The notes: generated from the sequence alone by a model not told the origin. A DNA stretch of 64,000 nt from an uncultured Candidatus Saccharibacteria bacterium (GCA_964583675.1 CAZOVH010000002.1:71548-135547); one strand, 5' to 3'; positions 1 through 11,061 are shown, counted from the stretch's first letter. Numbers and translations are program-made.

Positions 1-36
1 AATCATTACCTTATCTTTTAGGCGAATCTTAAACAT
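1..36 (-). CDS. rplX: 50S ribosomal protein L24, N-terminal fragment (runs off window)
   Basis: ATG overlaps the rplN stop; [12 protein letters not shown] resembles the L24 N-terminus; expected position after rplN. Confidence 0.8.
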   Translation of the reverse strand, partial: MFKIRLKDKVMI

Positions 37-404
37 TAGAGTACCTCCGGTGCGAGTGAAACAATCTTCATGTATCCGCGATCGCGCAATTCTCGAGCAA
101 CTGGTCCGAAAATACGAGTTCCGCGAGGTTGGCCCTGCTTGTCGATAATTACTGCAGCATTTTCATCAAAACGGATAGCACTACCATCGGCGCGGGTGGT
201 AATTTTTGTGGCTCGCACTACAACCGCCTGGACAACTTCTTTTTTCTTGACAGTGCCATTAGGAGTTGCCTGTTTTACAGAAGCTACAATAATGTCACCC
301 ACCATTGCATAACGACGACGTGAGCCACCAAGTACCTTGATGCACATAATCTTTTTAGCTCCAGTGTTGTCGGCAAGCTTAAGCATAGTCTGCGGCTGAA
401 TCAT
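36..404 (-). CDS. rplN: 50S ribosomal protein L14
   Basis: [33 protein letters not shown]. Confidence 0.99.
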   Translation of the reverse strand: MIQPQTMLKLADNTGAKKIMCIKVLGGSRRRYAMVGDIIVASVKQATPNGTVKKKEVVQAVVVRATKITTRADGSAIRFDENAAVIIDKQGQPRGTRIFGPVARELRDRGYMKIVSLAPEVL

Positions 405-673
405 TTTCCAGACTCCTTTTTAGCGGACTTCTTCGCATCACCGTTCAGAACTTTAGCAACCGTAAAACGCTTCATGCGGCTCATTGGACGAGTTTCTTCA
501 ATTTCTACCATCGTGCCAACAGCCAACTCGTTAGTTTCATCATGTGCGTGAAAACGAGCAGTGGTTTTGTACTGCTTCCTGTAGATAGGGTGTGTCTTCA
601 AAGCTTCAACAGCCACAACTACGGTGTTCTGCATTTTGTTTGAAACTACTTTACCTGTAAGTTTTCTAGCCAT
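401..673 (-). CDS. rpsQ: 30S ribosomal protein S17
   Basis: [31 protein letters not shown]; Lys-rich tail. Confidence 0.98.
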   Translation of the reverse strand: MARKLTGKVVSNKMQNTVVVAVEALKTHPIYRKQYKTTARFHAHDETNELAVGTMVEIEETRPMSRMKRFTVAKVLNGDAKKSAKKESGK

Positions 674-878
674 TATTTTTCTCCAGTTCCGCTAGTTCGC
701 GCTCGCTTGTAATAGTAAGAGCTCGAGCCAGGTCGGTTTTTAGGTTGCGAATTGCTCGCACTTGCTTAACATCTTTGGTTTTAATTTCTACATAGCCTTC
801 AGCAATTTTCTGGCGAGTATCAGTAATAAACTTTGCCAGTTCAGCATCTGATTGCAGGCGGATTTCACGAATCTTCAT
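666..878 (-). CDS. rpmC: 50S ribosomal protein L29
   Basis: 70 aa, IRNLKTDLARALT; lies between rplP and rpsQ. Confidence 0.93.
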   Translation of the reverse strand: MKIREIRLQSDAELAKFITDTRQKIAEGYVEIKTKDVKQVRAIRNLKTDLARALTITSERELAELEKNNG

Positions 879-880
879 AA

Positions 881-1300
881 CTATTCTCCAACTCCCTCAC
901 GAACAATAAAACGAGTCTTCATTGGAAGCTTTCGTCCAGCCAAACGCATGGCCTCTTTCGCAACATCTTCACTAACTCCATCGAGTTCAAACACGATTTT
1001 GCCGGCCTGAACCTTGGCAACGTAATGATCAACGGCACCTTTACCAGATCCCATGCGAACTTCGTTTGGCTTCTTGGTAACTGGCGTATGTGGAAACACA
1101 CGAATCCAAACCTTACCACCACGCTTGATGTAGCGAGTCATGGCACGACGAGCAGCTTCGATTTGACGAGATGTCAGGCGCTCATTTTCAAGAGCACGCA
1201 AACCATAGCGCCCGAACGAAATCTCGGTGCCGCGAGTTGCCTCACCGCGATTCTTGCCCTTAAAGGTTTTACGGAATTTAGTCTTGCGCGGAAGTAACAT
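881..1300 (-). CDS. rplP: 50S ribosomal protein L16
   Basis: [30 protein letters not shown]. Confidence 0.99.
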   Translation of the reverse strand: MLLPRKTKFRKTFKGKNRGEATRGTEISFGRYGLRALENERLTSRQIEAARRAMTRYIKRGGKVWIRVFPHTPVTKKPNEVRMGSGKGAVDHYVAKVQAGKIVFELDGVSEDVAKEAMRLAGRKLPMKTRFIVREGVGE

Positions 1301-1926
1301 TACTTATCCTCTCCCGTATAGATCCAGGCCTTCACGCCGATAATACCAAAAGTCGTATGGGCTTCTGCACTAGCATAACTAATGTTGGCGCGGATGGTGT
1401 GAAGCGGGATGGAGCCCAATGCAACACTTTCAGTACGAGCCATGTCGGCGCCGTTCAAACGACCACCAACCTGAACCTTGGCACCAAGTGCTCCGGCTTT
1501 CATGGAGTTTTCGGCAGCATTCTTGAGTACGCGGCGGAATGGCATGCGGCGCTCGAGGGCACTAGCAATATTATTGGCAACCAATTGAGCTTCGAGATCT
1601 GGCTGGCGAATTTCTTCTATATTTACACGCAACTTGCCTTCAACAACTTTGGTGAGTTCTTTCTTGAGAGCTTCGGCACCAGAGCCACCACGACCAATAA
1701 CAACACCAGGTTTGGCAGTATAAATGCTCACCACTACTTCACCCGTGTTGCGCTCAATTTCCACACGAGCTACGGATGCACGAAAACCGAGCATCTTACC
1801 AATAATTTCGCGAATTTTAAGGTCTTCCTTTAAGAGGGTGCGGTATTCACGACCAGCAAACCAGCGACTGCGCCAATTACGGTCAGCCTGCAATCGCATT
1901 GAAATTGGATTAATTTTTTGTCCCAT
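1300..1926 (-). CDS. rpsC: 30S ribosomal protein S3
   Basis: [35 protein letters not shown]. Confidence 0.99.
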   Translation of the reverse strand: MGQKINPISMRLQADRNWRSRWFAGREYRTLLKEDLKIREIIGKMLGFRASVARVEIERNTGEVVVSIYTAKPGVVIGRGGSGAEALKKELTKVVEGKLRVNIEEIRQPDLEAQLVANNIASALERRMPFRRVLKNAAENSMKAGALGAKVQVGGRLNGADMARTESVALGSIPLHTIRANISYASAEAHTTFGIIGVKAWIYTGEDK

Positions 1927-1929
1927 AAC

Positions 1930-2343
1930 TTACGCTTCCTTCCCACTTGCAGTTAGTTGCTTCTTAGGAGTTTTTTCCACTTTTTTAGCTGAACGCTTTT
2001 TTTCAACAGCAGCCTCATCGGTAACTACAACCGTAAGATGTGACATACGGTGCAAGATTGGTGCAGCCATACCACGAGAACGTGGACGGAAACGCTTCAG
2101 AGTTGGACCCTCATCAACCTTAATTTCGGCGACACGTAGACTACTTTTGCGAGCATTGTGATTATTTTCGGCATTAGCAACAGCGCTCTTCAGCGCTTCA
2201 GCTACCATGACTGAACCTTTTTTTGGCGTAGCTGCAAGCACCTGTTCAGCTTGAGCAACCTGCAGGCCGCGCACTAAATCAGCCGACAATCGCAGCTTGC
2301 GTGATGAAATCTTGAGATATTTGATAGAAGCGTGAGTTTTCAT
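1930..2343 (-). CDS. rplV: 50S ribosomal protein L22 with basic C-terminal extension
   Basis: SSRKLRLSADLVRG..SAVANAENN..VDEGPTLKRFRPRSRG. Confidence 0.98.
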   Translation of the reverse strand: MKTHASIKYLKISSRKLRLSADLVRGLQVAQAEQVLAATPKKGSVMVAEALKSAVANAENNHNARKSSLRVAEIKVDEGPTLKRFRPRSRGMAAPILHRMSHLTVVVTDEAAVEKKRSAKKVEKTPKKQLTASGKEA

Positions 2344-2346
2344 AGT

Positions 2347-2622
2347 TTAACCTTGCTGTTTCGCCAGCTTACCGCCGTGCCCTTTAAACTTACGAGTTGG
2401 AGAAAATTCACCAAGCTTATGTCCAACCATGTTTTCGGTCACAAATACAGGAACATGAGTTTTGCCGTTATGTACGGCAATCGTCTTACCAACCATTTCA
2501 GGAGAAATTGAGCTAGCGCGCGCCCAGGTCTTGATGACGGTTTTGTCACTTGGACCAAGTGCAAGCACTTTTTTGAGAAGTTTGGCGTCTACGTATGGGC
2601 CTTTTTTCAGTGAACGGCTCAT
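2347..2622 (-). CDS. rpsS: 30S ribosomal protein S19
   Basis: [31 protein letters not shown]. Confidence 0.99.
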   Translation of the reverse strand: MSRSLKKGPYVDAKLLKKVLALGPSDKTVIKTWARASSISPEMVGKTIAVHNGKTHVPVFVTENMVGHKLGEFSPTRKFKGHGGKLAKQQG

Positions 2623-3450
2623 TTATTTTCCTTTCCTATGGCGGATTATGTACTTATCAGTTGCCTTGCGACGACGAGTCTTGGCGCCGAGTGCAGGCTT
2701 ACCCCATGGTGTAACAGGACGCTTCAGACCAATTGAAGTACCACCTTCACCACCACCGTGCCGGTGATCGTTCGGGTTCATAGCCTTACCACGTACGGTT
2801 GGGCGAATACCCATGCGGCGCTTACGACCAGCAGAACCAACCTTAATGAGACTGTGACTTTCATTGCCAACACCACCGATTGTTGCGTAACACTCAACAC
2901 GAACCATGCGCATTTCGCCAGATGGGAGCTTAATTGTCGCCATTTCGCCTTCTTTGGCGGCAAGCTGAGCTTTGGTGCCAGCAGAACGAACAAGCTGTCC
3001 CCCCTTACCTGGAGTAAGTTCGATATTATATACTACGCTACCCACTGGGATTTCAGACAACGGCAAGCGGTTGTGTTCGCGAATTTCACCTTCGGCTGCA
3101 GCGGTAATAGTAGCGCCTACCTGCATACCAGAACCGGCGATAATGTAAGCCTTACGGCCTTTTTCGTCGCGAATGAGAGCAATGTTTGCCGATCGACCGG
3201 GATCATATTCGATAGCAACAATAGTTGCACTCTTCATGCCAGCTTGACGGAAGTCAACAATGCGAATGGCGCGCTTAGCACCACCACCGCGGTGACGAAC
3301 AGTAATCTTACCCTGATTATTACGACCAGCCTTTTGCTTGCGCTTAAGGATAAGAGATTTTTCTGGCTTCGTCTTGGTAATTTCATCAAAACGATCAACG
3401 CTCATGCCACGACGAGCAGAAGTATTACGCTTGAGTACGCGAATTGCCAT
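2623..3450 (-). CDS. rplB: 50S ribosomal protein L2
   Basis: GRNNQGKITVRHRGGG..EYDPGRSA..VRGKAMNPNDHRHGGGEG. Confidence 0.99.
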   Translation of the reverse strand: MAIRVLKRNTSARRGMSVDRFDEITKTKPEKSLILKRKQKAGRNNQGKITVRHRGGGAKRAIRIVDFRQAGMKSATIVAIEYDPGRSANIALIRDEKGRKAYIIAGSGMQVGATITAAAEGEIREHNRLPLSEIPVGSVVYNIELTPGKGGQLVRSAGTKAQLAAKEGEMATIKLPSGEMRMVRVECYATIGGVGNESHSLIKVGSAGRKRRMGIRPTVRGKAMNPNDHRHGGGEGGTSIGLKRPVTPWGKPALGAKTRRRKATDKYIIRHRKGK

Positions 3451-3797
3451 TACTTCTTCTCCTCTTTCTTAGCTTTTTCAGCAGCTTTTTTAGCCTTCTT
3501 GTCTTCCTTAGCTGGCTCTTCCTGACCAAGATCAAAAGCAGCAATCTTCTGACCTGCAGCAATCTGAACATAGGCCTTCTTCACGTCTACGCGGCGACCC
3601 TTCACCTGACGGAAACGCTTCTCTTTACCTTTGGCGATCGAAATACGTACATCGATAGGGTCAACTTTAAACTGATCTTTTACGGCACGAGCAACTTCGA
3701 TTTTGTTAGTACTCATTGGAACAGTAAAGGTGTACACACCCTTAGTGGCCTGCATAAGTGTTTTTTCTGTAATTTTGGGTACAATTACAAGACTCAT
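3450..3797 (-). CDS. rplW: 50S ribosomal protein L23 with charged tail
   Basis: PKITEKT..NKIEVARAV..KKAYVQ. Confidence 0.97.
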   Translation of the reverse strand: MSLVIVPKITEKTLMQATKGVYTFTVPMSTNKIEVARAVKDQFKVDPIDVRISIAKGKEKRFRQVKGRRVDVKKAYVQIAAGQKIAAFDLGQEEPAKEDKKAKKAAEKAKKEEKK

Positions 3798-4423
3798 TTC
3801 TGACCTCCTAGCCAGGTAGAAATTGCTTCGAGTCCAGGCTTATCAACGAGAATAGTATCAGCGTTCATAATATCAAAAGCTGTCAGCTGGCTCACGAGGC
3901 GGTACTGCACTTGAGTAAGATTGGCAACTGAACGAACAGTCTTTTGATCAACTACTGCAACTACCACAAGAATACTTCCAGTAAAACCAAGCTTGGCAAT
4001 TAATGCTTGCGCATCCTTTGTTTTACCACTAGCAACTTCAAACGCTTCGATAGTCGATACTTGCTTAGCTTTTGCCGAAAGAGCATGCGCAATACTGGCA
4101 CGAATAGCCTTCTTTGGCATTTCTACTGAGTAATTCTGCTCACCGGTTGGCCCAAAAATAGTACCACCACCACGCCAGAGCGGGTTGCGAATAGAGCCGG
4201 TACGGGCGCGACCAGTACCTTTTTGTCGCCATGGCTTTTTACCACCACCACGAACTTCGCCGCGCGTCTTAGTCTTAGCCGTTGCCTGACGGGCGTTAGA
4301 GAGAGTACGGAGATATGCCTGCTTCAATAGTTCAGGAGTTACTTCGCGACCAAATACGGCCTTATCAAGGGTAACTTCAGCCGAAGCTTTTGAGCCAGTT
4401 TTGGTGTATGCTGCTACCTTCAT
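3794..4423 (-). CDS. rplD: 50S ribosomal protein L4
   Basis: [37 protein letters not shown]. Confidence 0.99.
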   Translation of the reverse strand: MKVAAYTKTGSKASAEVTLDKAVFGREVTPELLKQAYLRTLSNARQATAKTKTRGEVRGGGKKPWRQKGTGRARTGSIRNPLWRGGGTIFGPTGEQNYSVEMPKKAIRASIAHALSAKAKQVSTIEAFEVASGKTKDAQALIAKLGFTGSILVVVAVVDQKTVRSVANLTQVQYRLVSQLTAFDIMNADTILVDKPGLEAISTWLGGQK

Positions 4424-5052
4424 GCTTGCGCTCCTCGAATAAGAATTAAACTCTTATTTGGGCCAGGAACGGCGCCCTTTACAGCAATAAGATTCTGCTC
4501 AACATCTACTAAAGCGACCTTGAGATTCTTCACAGTTACTTGCTCGTGACCCATGTGGCCGGCCATCTTAATACCCTTCATAACGTGCTGCGGGTAACCA
4601 GCGCCGATCGAACCAGGTGCGCGATAATTACGTGAACCGTGAGTTTTAGGTCCGCGATGGAAGTTATGGCGCTTAATGGTTCCAGCAAAGCCTTTACCCT
4701 TAGATACACCAGTTACAGCAACCATTTCTCCAGCTTCAAAAATATCAGCCTGAATTGTATCACCTACTTTTGGAGCCGTTTCTCCCTCAACGTCAGTTGT
4801 GCGAACCTCTACAAGGTGTTTAGATTTCGCGCCACTGGCCTTGAGGTGACCAGCCTTAGATTTCGCATGACCCTTAAGGATTTGCTTATCTTCACCGAAC
4901 CCAATTTGAGCTGCGGTATAGCCATCATTTTCCATGGTCTTAAGCTGAGTCACTACACAAGGACCAGCCTGAAGTACGGTTACAGGCTGCAAACGACCTT
5001 CGGCATCAAAGATCTGTGTCATTCCAACTTTTTTGGCCAAGATGGCTTTCAT
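4420..5052 (-). CDS. rplC: 50S ribosomal protein L3 (start moved to ATG at 5052)
   Basis: MKAILAKKVGMTQIF..SKGKGFAGTIKRHNF..MAGHMG. Confidence 0.99.
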   Translation of the reverse strand: MKAILAKKVGMTQIFDAEGRLQPVTVLQAGPCVVTQLKTMENDGYTAAQIGFGEDKQILKGHAKSKAGHLKASGAKSKHLVEVRTTDVEGETAPKVGDTIQADIFEAGEMVAVTGVSKGKGFAGTIKRHNFHRGPKTHGSRNYRAPGSIGAGYPQHVMKGIKMAGHMGHEQVTVKNLKVALVDVEQNLIAVKGAVPGPNKSLILIRGAQA

Positions 5053-5157
5053 TATGGTGTTAGTTCGCTTTCTTCTTAAAACAAAGGCTGGCAAGCGGAT
5101 TGGTTTCCAGGTATCTGGACCTAATCACTTCCCAGAAATATTTAGTCAACGAGAGAT

Positions 5158-5188
5158 AGTTTATCAGGTTTACACCAGATATGTCAAG
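5158..5188 (-). promoter_or_regulatory. sigma70-type promoter of the rplC operon
   Basis: Minus strand TTGACA-N17-TAAACT, followed by a ~100 nt leader with a hairpin; rplC is cut off from rpsJ by a terminator and an orphan gene. Confidence 0.7.
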
Positions 5189-5226
5189 AAGAAACACTGA
5201 TTATTTCACACTCAAGCGAATAAGCA

Positions 5227-5275
5227 TTGACAAAACCTTTTTTTTATTGCTATATTTGGAGTCGCATTTGTACCT
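5227..5275 (+). promoter_or_regulatory. Unit 1 promoter plus GTACCT leader motif
   Basis: TTGACA 5227-32, TATATT 5251-56, GTACCT 5270-75, GAGGA 5283-87. Confidence 0.75.
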
Positions 5276-5296
5276 ACAACTCGAGGATTGTACACC

Positions 5297-5707
5297 ATGC
5301 CCGACGAAACTCTCCCTATCGACTTCAGGTTTGCCGTCAATATCGGCCGCGTGAACGGTTACCCAGTGCAGGTCCGCTACTTCGTTCGCAAGCCTCATGA
5401 CATCGGTGCTCTCTCCAAGACAGTGGACCTTCAGCACCAGAATCCTCGCCTACGCAGCATGGTGGAGGAGAGCATCAAGCAGCGATACGGCACAGACACC
5501 CAGCCACTTCGCGTTTCTGCGCAGAACCGACGAGGATTGGAGATGACTATCGAGCAGGACATCCCGCGTCACTTCTCCATCATCATGCTCACCGACGAGG
5601 ATGATAGCCGCATCGTTGAAGCTGTCAGGGTCTTGATGACGGCTATCACGCCCAGCCTGGATGCGGCCGAGATGCTCGAGCTCACCCAAACCATACCGCT
5701 TTCATAG
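5297..5707 (+). CDS. Hypothetical orphan protein (unit 1), 136 aa
   Basis: ORF bracketed by promoter, SD and terminator; antisense to the flanking r-protein genes. Confidence 0.75.
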   Translation: MPDETLPIDFRFAVNIGRVNGYPVQVRYFVRKPHDIGALSKTVDLQHQNPRLRSMVEESIKQRYGTDTQPLRVSAQNRRGLEMTIEQDIPRHFSIIMLTDEDDSRIVEAVRVLMTAITPSLDAAEMLELTQTIPLS

Positions 5708-5712
5708 CGGCT

Positions 5713-5745
5713 CCCCAGACTATACACAGTCTGGGGTATTTTATT
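5713..5745 (+). terminator. Intrinsic terminator of unit 1
   Basis: CCCCAGACT-loop-AGTCTGGGG then TATTTTATT. Confidence 0.75.
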
Positions 5746-5746
5746 A

Positions 5747-5780
5747 CTAAAAAATCCCCAACTGAACGGGGATTTTTTAG
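5747..5780 (-). terminator. Bidirectional-type terminator after rpsJ
   Basis: CTAAAAAATCCCC-N8-GGGGATTTTTTAG. Confidence 0.8.
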
Positions 5781-5799
5781 ATAAACTGCTGGTTGCAGA

Positions 5800-6117
5800 C
5801 TACATTTTGATTTCGATATCGACGCCAGCTGGCAAAGATAGATTCATAAGCGAGTCAATAGTCTTTGGAGTTGGCTCGGTGATGTCGATAAGCCGCTTGT
5901 GCGTTCGCATCTCGAAAGCCTCGTGGCTGTCCTTAAAGATGTGAGGACTACGGATGACAGTGGTGGTGTGCCGATCGGTTGGCAACGGAACTGGACCAGC
6001 AACCTGGGCACCAGTGCGGATTGCGGTGTCGATAATTTGCTTTGTCGACTGATCAATCACCTTATTGTCATAGGCTTTGAGTCGGATGCGGATGCGTTGA
6101 GCGGTTTTTTCTACCAT
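5800..6117 (-). CDS. rpsJ: 30S ribosomal protein S10
   Basis: [39 protein letters not shown]. Confidence 0.99.
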   Translation of the reverse strand: MVEKTAQRIRIRLKAYDNKVIDQSTKQIIDTAIRTGAQVAGPVPLPTDRHTTTVIRSPHIFKDSHEAFEMRTHKRLIDITEPTPKTIDSLMNLSLPAGVDIEIKM

Positions 6118-6126
6118 AGTGTTGCT

Positions 6127-7311
6127 TTACTTAGTAATCTTCGTTACAACACCAGCGCCAACGGTACGCCCACCTTCGCGAATCGCAAAGCGGAGACCTT
6201 CATCCATGGCAATAGGAGCGAGGAGCTTAACCGAACAGTTGATGTTATCACCTGGCATTACCATCTTAGTACCTTCTGGAAGCTTCACTTCACCAGTAAC
6301 ATCGGTGGTACGGAAGTAGAACTGTGGCTTGTAGCCGTCTACGAAAGGAGTGTGGCGTCCGCCTTCATCCTTAGTAAGTACGTATACTTCAGCTTCAAAC
6401 TCAGTGTGAGGAGTGATTGAACCTGGCTTAGAGATAACCTGACCACGCTCAATCTGGGTGCGCTCAATACCACGAAGCAAGAGACCAACGTTATCACCAG
6501 CCTGACCTTCGTTCAGCATCTTGCGGAACATTTCTACACCGGTAACAACTGTCTTTTGATTGTCTTTAATACCAACAATCTCAACTTCTTCGTTAACGTT
6601 TACCTTACCTTGCTCAATACGACCGGTGGCAACAGTACCACGACCTTTAATGGAGAATACGTCTTCGATTGGCATAAGGAATGGCTTATCAAGTTCGCGC
6701 TCTGGCTGTGGAAGGTACTCATCCATAGCCTTAACGAGCTCCATGATTGAGTCTTCGGCAGCTGCATCACCTTCGAGAGCCTTAAGCGCCGAACCCTTAA
6801 CGATTGGGCAGTCAGCGTCGAATTCGTTCTTTTCGAGAAGTTCACGAATTTCAACTTCTACGAGCTCTGCAAGCTCTGGGTCGGCCTGATCCATTTTGTT
6901 CATGTATACGAGAATCTTTGGAACACCAACCTGACGAGCCAAGAGAACGTGCTCGCGGGTCTGAGGCATTGGACCGTCAGCAGCAGAAACCACCAAGATA
7001 GCGCCGTCAACCTGGGCAGCGCCGGTGATCATGTTTTTAACATAGTCAGCGTGACCTGGCATATCGACGTGTGCGTAGTGACGGTTCTCCGATTCATACT
7101 CCTGGTGGGAGGTAGCAATGGTAATACCACGCTCTCGCTCTTCTGGGGCCTTATCGATTTCGTCGTAAGCAACTGATTTGTTTACGTCTGATGGTAGTTT
7201 CTTTGCAAGTACAGCAGTAATTGCTGCTGTAAGAGTGGTCTTACCATGGTCAACGTGACCCATGGTACCAACGTTAATGTGCGGTTTGTCGCGCTTAAAT
7301 TCTGCAGCCAC
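6127..7311 (-). CDS. tuf: Elongation factor Tu (GTG start 7311)
   Basis: [37 protein letters not shown]; AAGGAG SD. Confidence 0.99.
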   Translation of the reverse strand: MAAEFKRDKPHINVGTMGHVDHGKTTLTAAITAVLAKKLPSDVNKSVAYDEIDKAPEERERGITIATSHQEYESENRHYAHVDMPGHADYVKNMITGAAQVDGAILVVSAADGPMPQTREHVLLARQVGVPKILVYMNKMDQADPELAELVEVEIRELLEKNEFDADCPIVKGSALKALEGDAAAEDSIMELVKAMDEYLPQPERELDKPFLMPIEDVFSIKGRGTVATGRIEQGKVNVNEEVEIVGIKDNQKTVVTGVEMFRKMLNEGQAGDNVGLLLRGIERTQIERGQVISKPGSITPHTEFEAEVYVLTKDEGGRHTPFVDGYKPQFYFRTTDVTGEVKLPEGTKMVMPGDNINCSVKLLAPIAMDEGLRFAIREGGRTVGAGVVTKITK

Positions 7312-7431
7312 GAACTTCTCCTTTGTATACAATTAGTGATTAATGATTAATTTTGTGACTAAGACAAGAAAAATTGCCTGTTTGTCACAGGACTGACTCA
7401 TTGTAAGGGTTTTTCTTGTATTTGTAAAGAG

Positions 7432-7458
7432 AAAACGTCTCGAGTACTCCTCGAGACG
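7432..7458 (-). terminator. Intrinsic terminator of unit 2
   Basis: CGTCTCGAG-N5-CTCGAGACG then TTTT on the minus strand. Confidence 0.7.
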
Positions 7459-7468
7459 CACTATTGAT

Positions 7469-7972
7469 TCACTCACCATTTTCAAACTCATCGAAAATAG
7501 CCACTTCTTCGACTCGACCGTGACTATTAAGGATCCATGCATCCTCAATACGAGCCTGCCCGTAACTCGCCACCCAGATGCGTACTCCATAAAAAGCCAG
7601 CCAGCGTGAGATGAGAACAGCCGGACCCAAGGTAGCCAGCGCAATAACCATGAATTCGCGGTAGGTATACTCGTCGACATAGTCCAGCTGCACAATGAAC
7701 ATGCCAAGAACAACAATACTGGCCATCACACCAGCGATCGGAATCAGAATCACTTCATCGAATTCTTTCTGAAACCCGGAGAAATCTCCATCGATAAAGC
7801 GCTGCCACTTCCACTTCTCAAGGCGAGGACCAAGCGCCCGCTCACGGCGTCGTGCTGCCTTCACCTGATCGTGAAACTTTCGATCGAACTCATGCTGTTC
7901 TGCATCAGTATCCACACGACTTGGATAGATACTGAAGAGCCTCATCATCTCAAAGTTTTCCCAAGGAAACAC
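7469..7972 (-). CDS. Hypothetical membrane protein, two predicted TM segments (unit 2)
   Basis: AGGAGG SD, GTG start, two hydrophobic stretches; inserted between fusA and tuf. Confidence 0.75.
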   Translation of the reverse strand: MFPWENFEMMRLFSIYPSRVDTDAEQHEFDRKFHDQVKAARRRERALGPRLEKWKWQRFIDGDFSGFQKEFDEVILIPIAGVMASIVVLGMFIVQLDYVDEYTYREFMVIALATLGPAVLISRWLAFYGVRIWVASYGQARIEDAWILNSHGRVEEVAIFDEFENGE

Positions 7973-7983
7973 GGCTCCTCCTA

Positions 7984-8031
7984 AGGTACAAGATGGACAA
8001 GACTATACGCCAAAAGCGCCCCGACTTTCAA
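7984..8031 (-). promoter_or_regulatory. Unit 2 promoter plus GTACCT motif
   Basis: TTGAAA (8026-31, inside the fusA terminator loop)-N18-TATAGT (8002-07); GTACCT 7984-89. Confidence 0.7.
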
Positions 8032-8048
8032 GGGCGCTTTTATTTTTT
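8012..8048 (-). terminator. Terminator after fusA
   Basis: AAAAGCGCCC-N10-GGGCGCTTTT. Confidence 0.75.
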
Positions 8049-8066
8049 GAGAAAACAATATATCTG

Positions 8067-10172
8067 TTACTCAGATTTTGCGGCGGCACTCTTGCCGATA
8101 AGCTCCTCCGCAATATTGTGTGGAACTTCGGCGTAGTGGTCAAATTCCATCGAGTAACTGGCTCGACCCTGAGTCATAGAACGAACAGTTGTGGCATAAC
8201 CAAACATTTCGGAAAGCGGAACAAAGCCGTCGATAATTTTTGCACCCAAACGATCTTCCATCTTTTCGATGCGACCGCGCTTAGAGTTCATATCACCCAC
8301 TACGTCACCCATGAATTCTTCAGGAGTCGTTACTTCAACTTTCATAACAGGCTCGAGAATGACTGGGTCGGCCTTCCGCACACCTTCTTGTAATGCCATC
8401 GATCCAGCGATCTTGAAAGCCATTTCTGACGAGTCAACTTCGTGGTATGAGCCGTCATACAACTTAGCTTTTACGTCAACTACCGGGTAACCAGCAAGCA
8501 CACCATTGCCCATGGCTTCTTTAATGCCTTCATCGACCGGCTTAATGTATTCACGAGGAACTACACCGCCAACAATGGCATTTTCAAACTCGTAGGTTGG
8601 CTTATCACCTTCAATGTCCTCAGCATGCACGAGCGGACTCACTTCAATCCAAACGTGTCCGTACTGACCGCGACCACCAGATTGGCGTACAAACTTTCCT
8701 TCTACCTGAACCGTCTTACGGATAGTCTCACGATATGCAACTTGCGGACGACCGACATTTGCCTCTACCTTAAATTCTCGCTTCATACGATCAACAAGCA
8801 CTTCGAGGTGAAGCTCACCCATTCCAGAGATGAGAGTCTGTCCAGCTTCGTTATCGGAGCTCACGCGGAAAGTCGGATCTTCTTCCGCCAGACGCGAGAG
8901 CGCCAATGACATCTTTTCTTGGTCGGCCTTAGTCTTTGGCTCTACAGCAATCTGAATAACTGGCTCAGGGAACGTAATTTGTTCGAGGATTACCGCATGT
9001 CCAACCTCACACAAGGTGTGACCAGTCATAGTGTTCTTAAGACCAACTGCTGCAGCAATTTCACCGGCATACACCTCCTGCACTTCTTCACGCTGATTAG
9101 CATGCATACGCAAGATACGACCGATACGCTCTTTTTCTCCCGTTGAGCTATTGAGAACATACGAACCACTCTTAAGAGTCCCAGCATAAATGCGGAAGAA
9201 GCAGAGCTTACCTACAAATGGGTCTGTCGCAATCTTGAAAGCCAAACCAACGAATGGTACATCATCGGCAACCTTGAGCACTTCCTGTTCGCCAGTCTTG
9301 ACGTTGTCAGCTAGTGGAGCGGCAATATCAAGTGGAGTTGGTAAGTAGTCTACAACAATATCCAAAAGCTTCTCGACGATTACGCCGCGGCCATCACCAC
9401 CGGATACGATGAAGAATTCACCCGAGAGTACGCTCTTACGAATGCAAGACTTAATCTCATCTTCGCTAAGCTCAGTACCTTCGAGGTATTTTTCCATAAT
9501 CGCGTCATCAGCTTCCACAGCAGCTTCAATGAGGTGTTGACGGTAGCGCTCGGCTTTTTCCTTCATATCTTCAGGAATTTCACCTTCAACCAGCTCTTTG
9601 TCCTTATATTCGGTATAGGTGTAAGCCTTCATGGCAATCAGGTCAACAATGCCATTGATAGACTGCTCTTCGCCAATTGGCAGGTGGATTGGATAGGCTC
9701 GCTTGGTTAGACGAGCATGAATTGACTCAAGGCTCTTATAAAAATCTCCACCAGTCTGATTGATCTTATTGATAAAACAAATGCGAGGCACGCCATACTT
9801 GTTAGCCTGGCGCCATACAGTTTCAGACTGTGGCTCTACACCCATTTTACCGTCAAAAACCGTTACCGCTCCGTCGAGTACACGTAAAGAACGCTCAACT
9901 TCTACAGTAAAGTCGATGTGGCCAGGTGTATCAATAATATTAATGCGCTTACCATTCCAGAAGCAGGTGGTCGCAGCCGAAGTAATAGTAATTCCACGCT
10001 CGCGTTCCTGCTCCATCCAGTCCATGGTGGCTTCACCTTCGTGCACTTCACCAATCTTGTGAGTCTTACCCGTACGGTAAAGCACACCTTCAGTAACGGT
10101 CGTTTTACCAGCATCGATGTGAGCAATAATACCAATGTTACGTGTGTTTTCGAGAGAATATTCGCGAGCCAT
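8067..10172 (-). CDS. fusA: Elongation factor G (atypical G4/G5 motifs)
   Basis: [47 protein letters not shown]. Confidence 0.99.
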   Translation of the reverse strand: MAREYSLENTRNIGIIAHIDAGKTTVTEGVLYRTGKTHKIGEVHEGEATMDWMEQERERGITITSAATTCFWNGKRINIIDTPGHIDFTVEVERSLRVLDGAVTVFDGKMGVEPQSETVWRQANKYGVPRICFINKINQTGGDFYKSLESIHARLTKRAYPIHLPIGEEQSINGIVDLIAMKAYTYTEYKDKELVEGEIPEDMKEKAERYRQHLIEAAVEADDAIMEKYLEGTELSEDEIKSCIRKSVLSGEFFIVSGGDGRGVIVEKLLDIVVDYLPTPLDIAAPLADNVKTGEQEVLKVADDVPFVGLAFKIATDPFVGKLCFFRIYAGTLKSGSYVLNSSTGEKERIGRILRMHANQREEVQEVYAGEIAAAVGLKNTMTGHTLCEVGHAVILEQITFPEPVIQIAVEPKTKADQEKMSLALSRLAEEDPTFRVSSDNEAGQTLISGMGELHLEVLVDRMKREFKVEANVGRPQVAYRETIRKTVQVEGKFVRQSGGRGQYGHVWIEVSPLVHAEDIEGDKPTYEFENAIVGGVVPREYIKPVDEGIKEAMGNGVLAGYPVVDVKAKLYDGSYHEVDSSEMAFKIAGSMALQEGVRKADPVILEPVMKVEVTTPEEFMGDVVGDMNSKRGRIEKMEDRLGAKIIDGFVPLSEMFGYATTVRSMTQGRASYSMEFDHYAEVPHNIAEELIGKSAAAKSE

Positions 10173-10287
10173 AAAAATCCTTATTTATCTATATTAGTGA
10201 TGAATAGCGCAAACCAAAAAAATAGCGCGTGGCGCGTATCAGATACATACTAGCATATAACCAACGCTCCGACAACTCTATAAGTGT

Positions 10288-10336
10288 TTGACAGACATGC
10301 CTTTTCCTCGTATAGTTAGCCGTTGAAATCGCACCT
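10288..10336 (+). promoter_or_regulatory. Unit 3 promoter plus GCACCT motif
   Basis: TTGACA 10288-93, N17, TATAGT 10311-16, GCACCT 10331-36, GGAGAGG SD. Confidence 0.8.
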
Positions 10337-10359
10337 TCATTTCTGGAGAGGAATTCCCC

Positions 10360-11061
10360 ATGACCTCAGCAGTCCGCAAGTCGACACCAACCAAGCGAGT
10401 CAACCCCAAGATCCATTTCGAGACGAGCTCACGCCCCTCATCGGGCGCGATGAACCTCCTGGGCTGGGTCGCTGACAACCCACTGATTACCCACGTCTCT
10501 GTCGAAGCTGGGAAGCGTACCGCTCGGGCCGCTGGCCCAGTCAGGCTACGCATCATTGGCGGCACAGCGGATGCAGTGAAGATCACTATCTGCTGTGATG
10601 GCCTGCAGCATACTGCCAGGATGACGTATCAACGAGGAGAAACAAGATCAGTTCTCGAATATCTTCGCAAAACGTCAGCGCTAGAGTACGATCGGACTAC
10701 TCGACAGGATTTCTGCGCCTTCTGTGACAGCCTGCTGCCCGCTAACCACGGCGGAAACCGTAACCACCCCTGGCGTATCAGCAACTGCCATCGAATCTTC
10801 ATCAAGCCCGATGAACCGATGTGCGACAGCTGTCTTGATCGAGAACAAGAGTACGCCGCTGATGAGGATGGACCCACAGCTGAGGATAATGATTTCTCGC
10901 CTGAGGCAGCCTACCCGGGGCGAGCTCAATCAGCTGCTAATGCTCCGCGCATGACTTCCGAGGAATTCCAGGAGCAACTTCGTTCTGAAGTTGTGGCCGC
11001 TGCGGATCGCGAAGCCGCAAAGAAGCGCAAGCCCTGGTGGCGCCGACTTCGTAGCAAGTAA
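10360..11061 (+). CDS. Hypothetical protein with CxxC...CxxC putative Zn site and basic KPWWRR tail (unit 3)
   Basis: 233 aa ORF with promoter, SD and terminator; CAFC and CDSC. Confidence 0.8.
   Translation: MTSAVRKSTPTKRVNPKIHFETSSRPSSGAMNLLGWVADNPLITHVSVEAGKRTARAAGPVRLRIIGGTADAVKITICCDGLQHTARMTYQRGETRSVLEYLRKTSALEYDRTTRQDFCAFCDSLLPANHGGNRNHPWRISNCHRIFIKPDEPMCDSCLDREQEYAADEDGPTAEDNDFSPEAAYPGRAQSAANAPRMTSEEFQEQLRSEVVAAADREAAKKRKPWWRRLRSK

Noticed and set aside
401-4423. Genetic code 25 (TGA=Gly) as in Gracilibacteria/Absconditabacteria
   Set aside because: TGA ends rpsQ, rplD and rplC at the expected lengths, and long core genes have no in-frame TGA.
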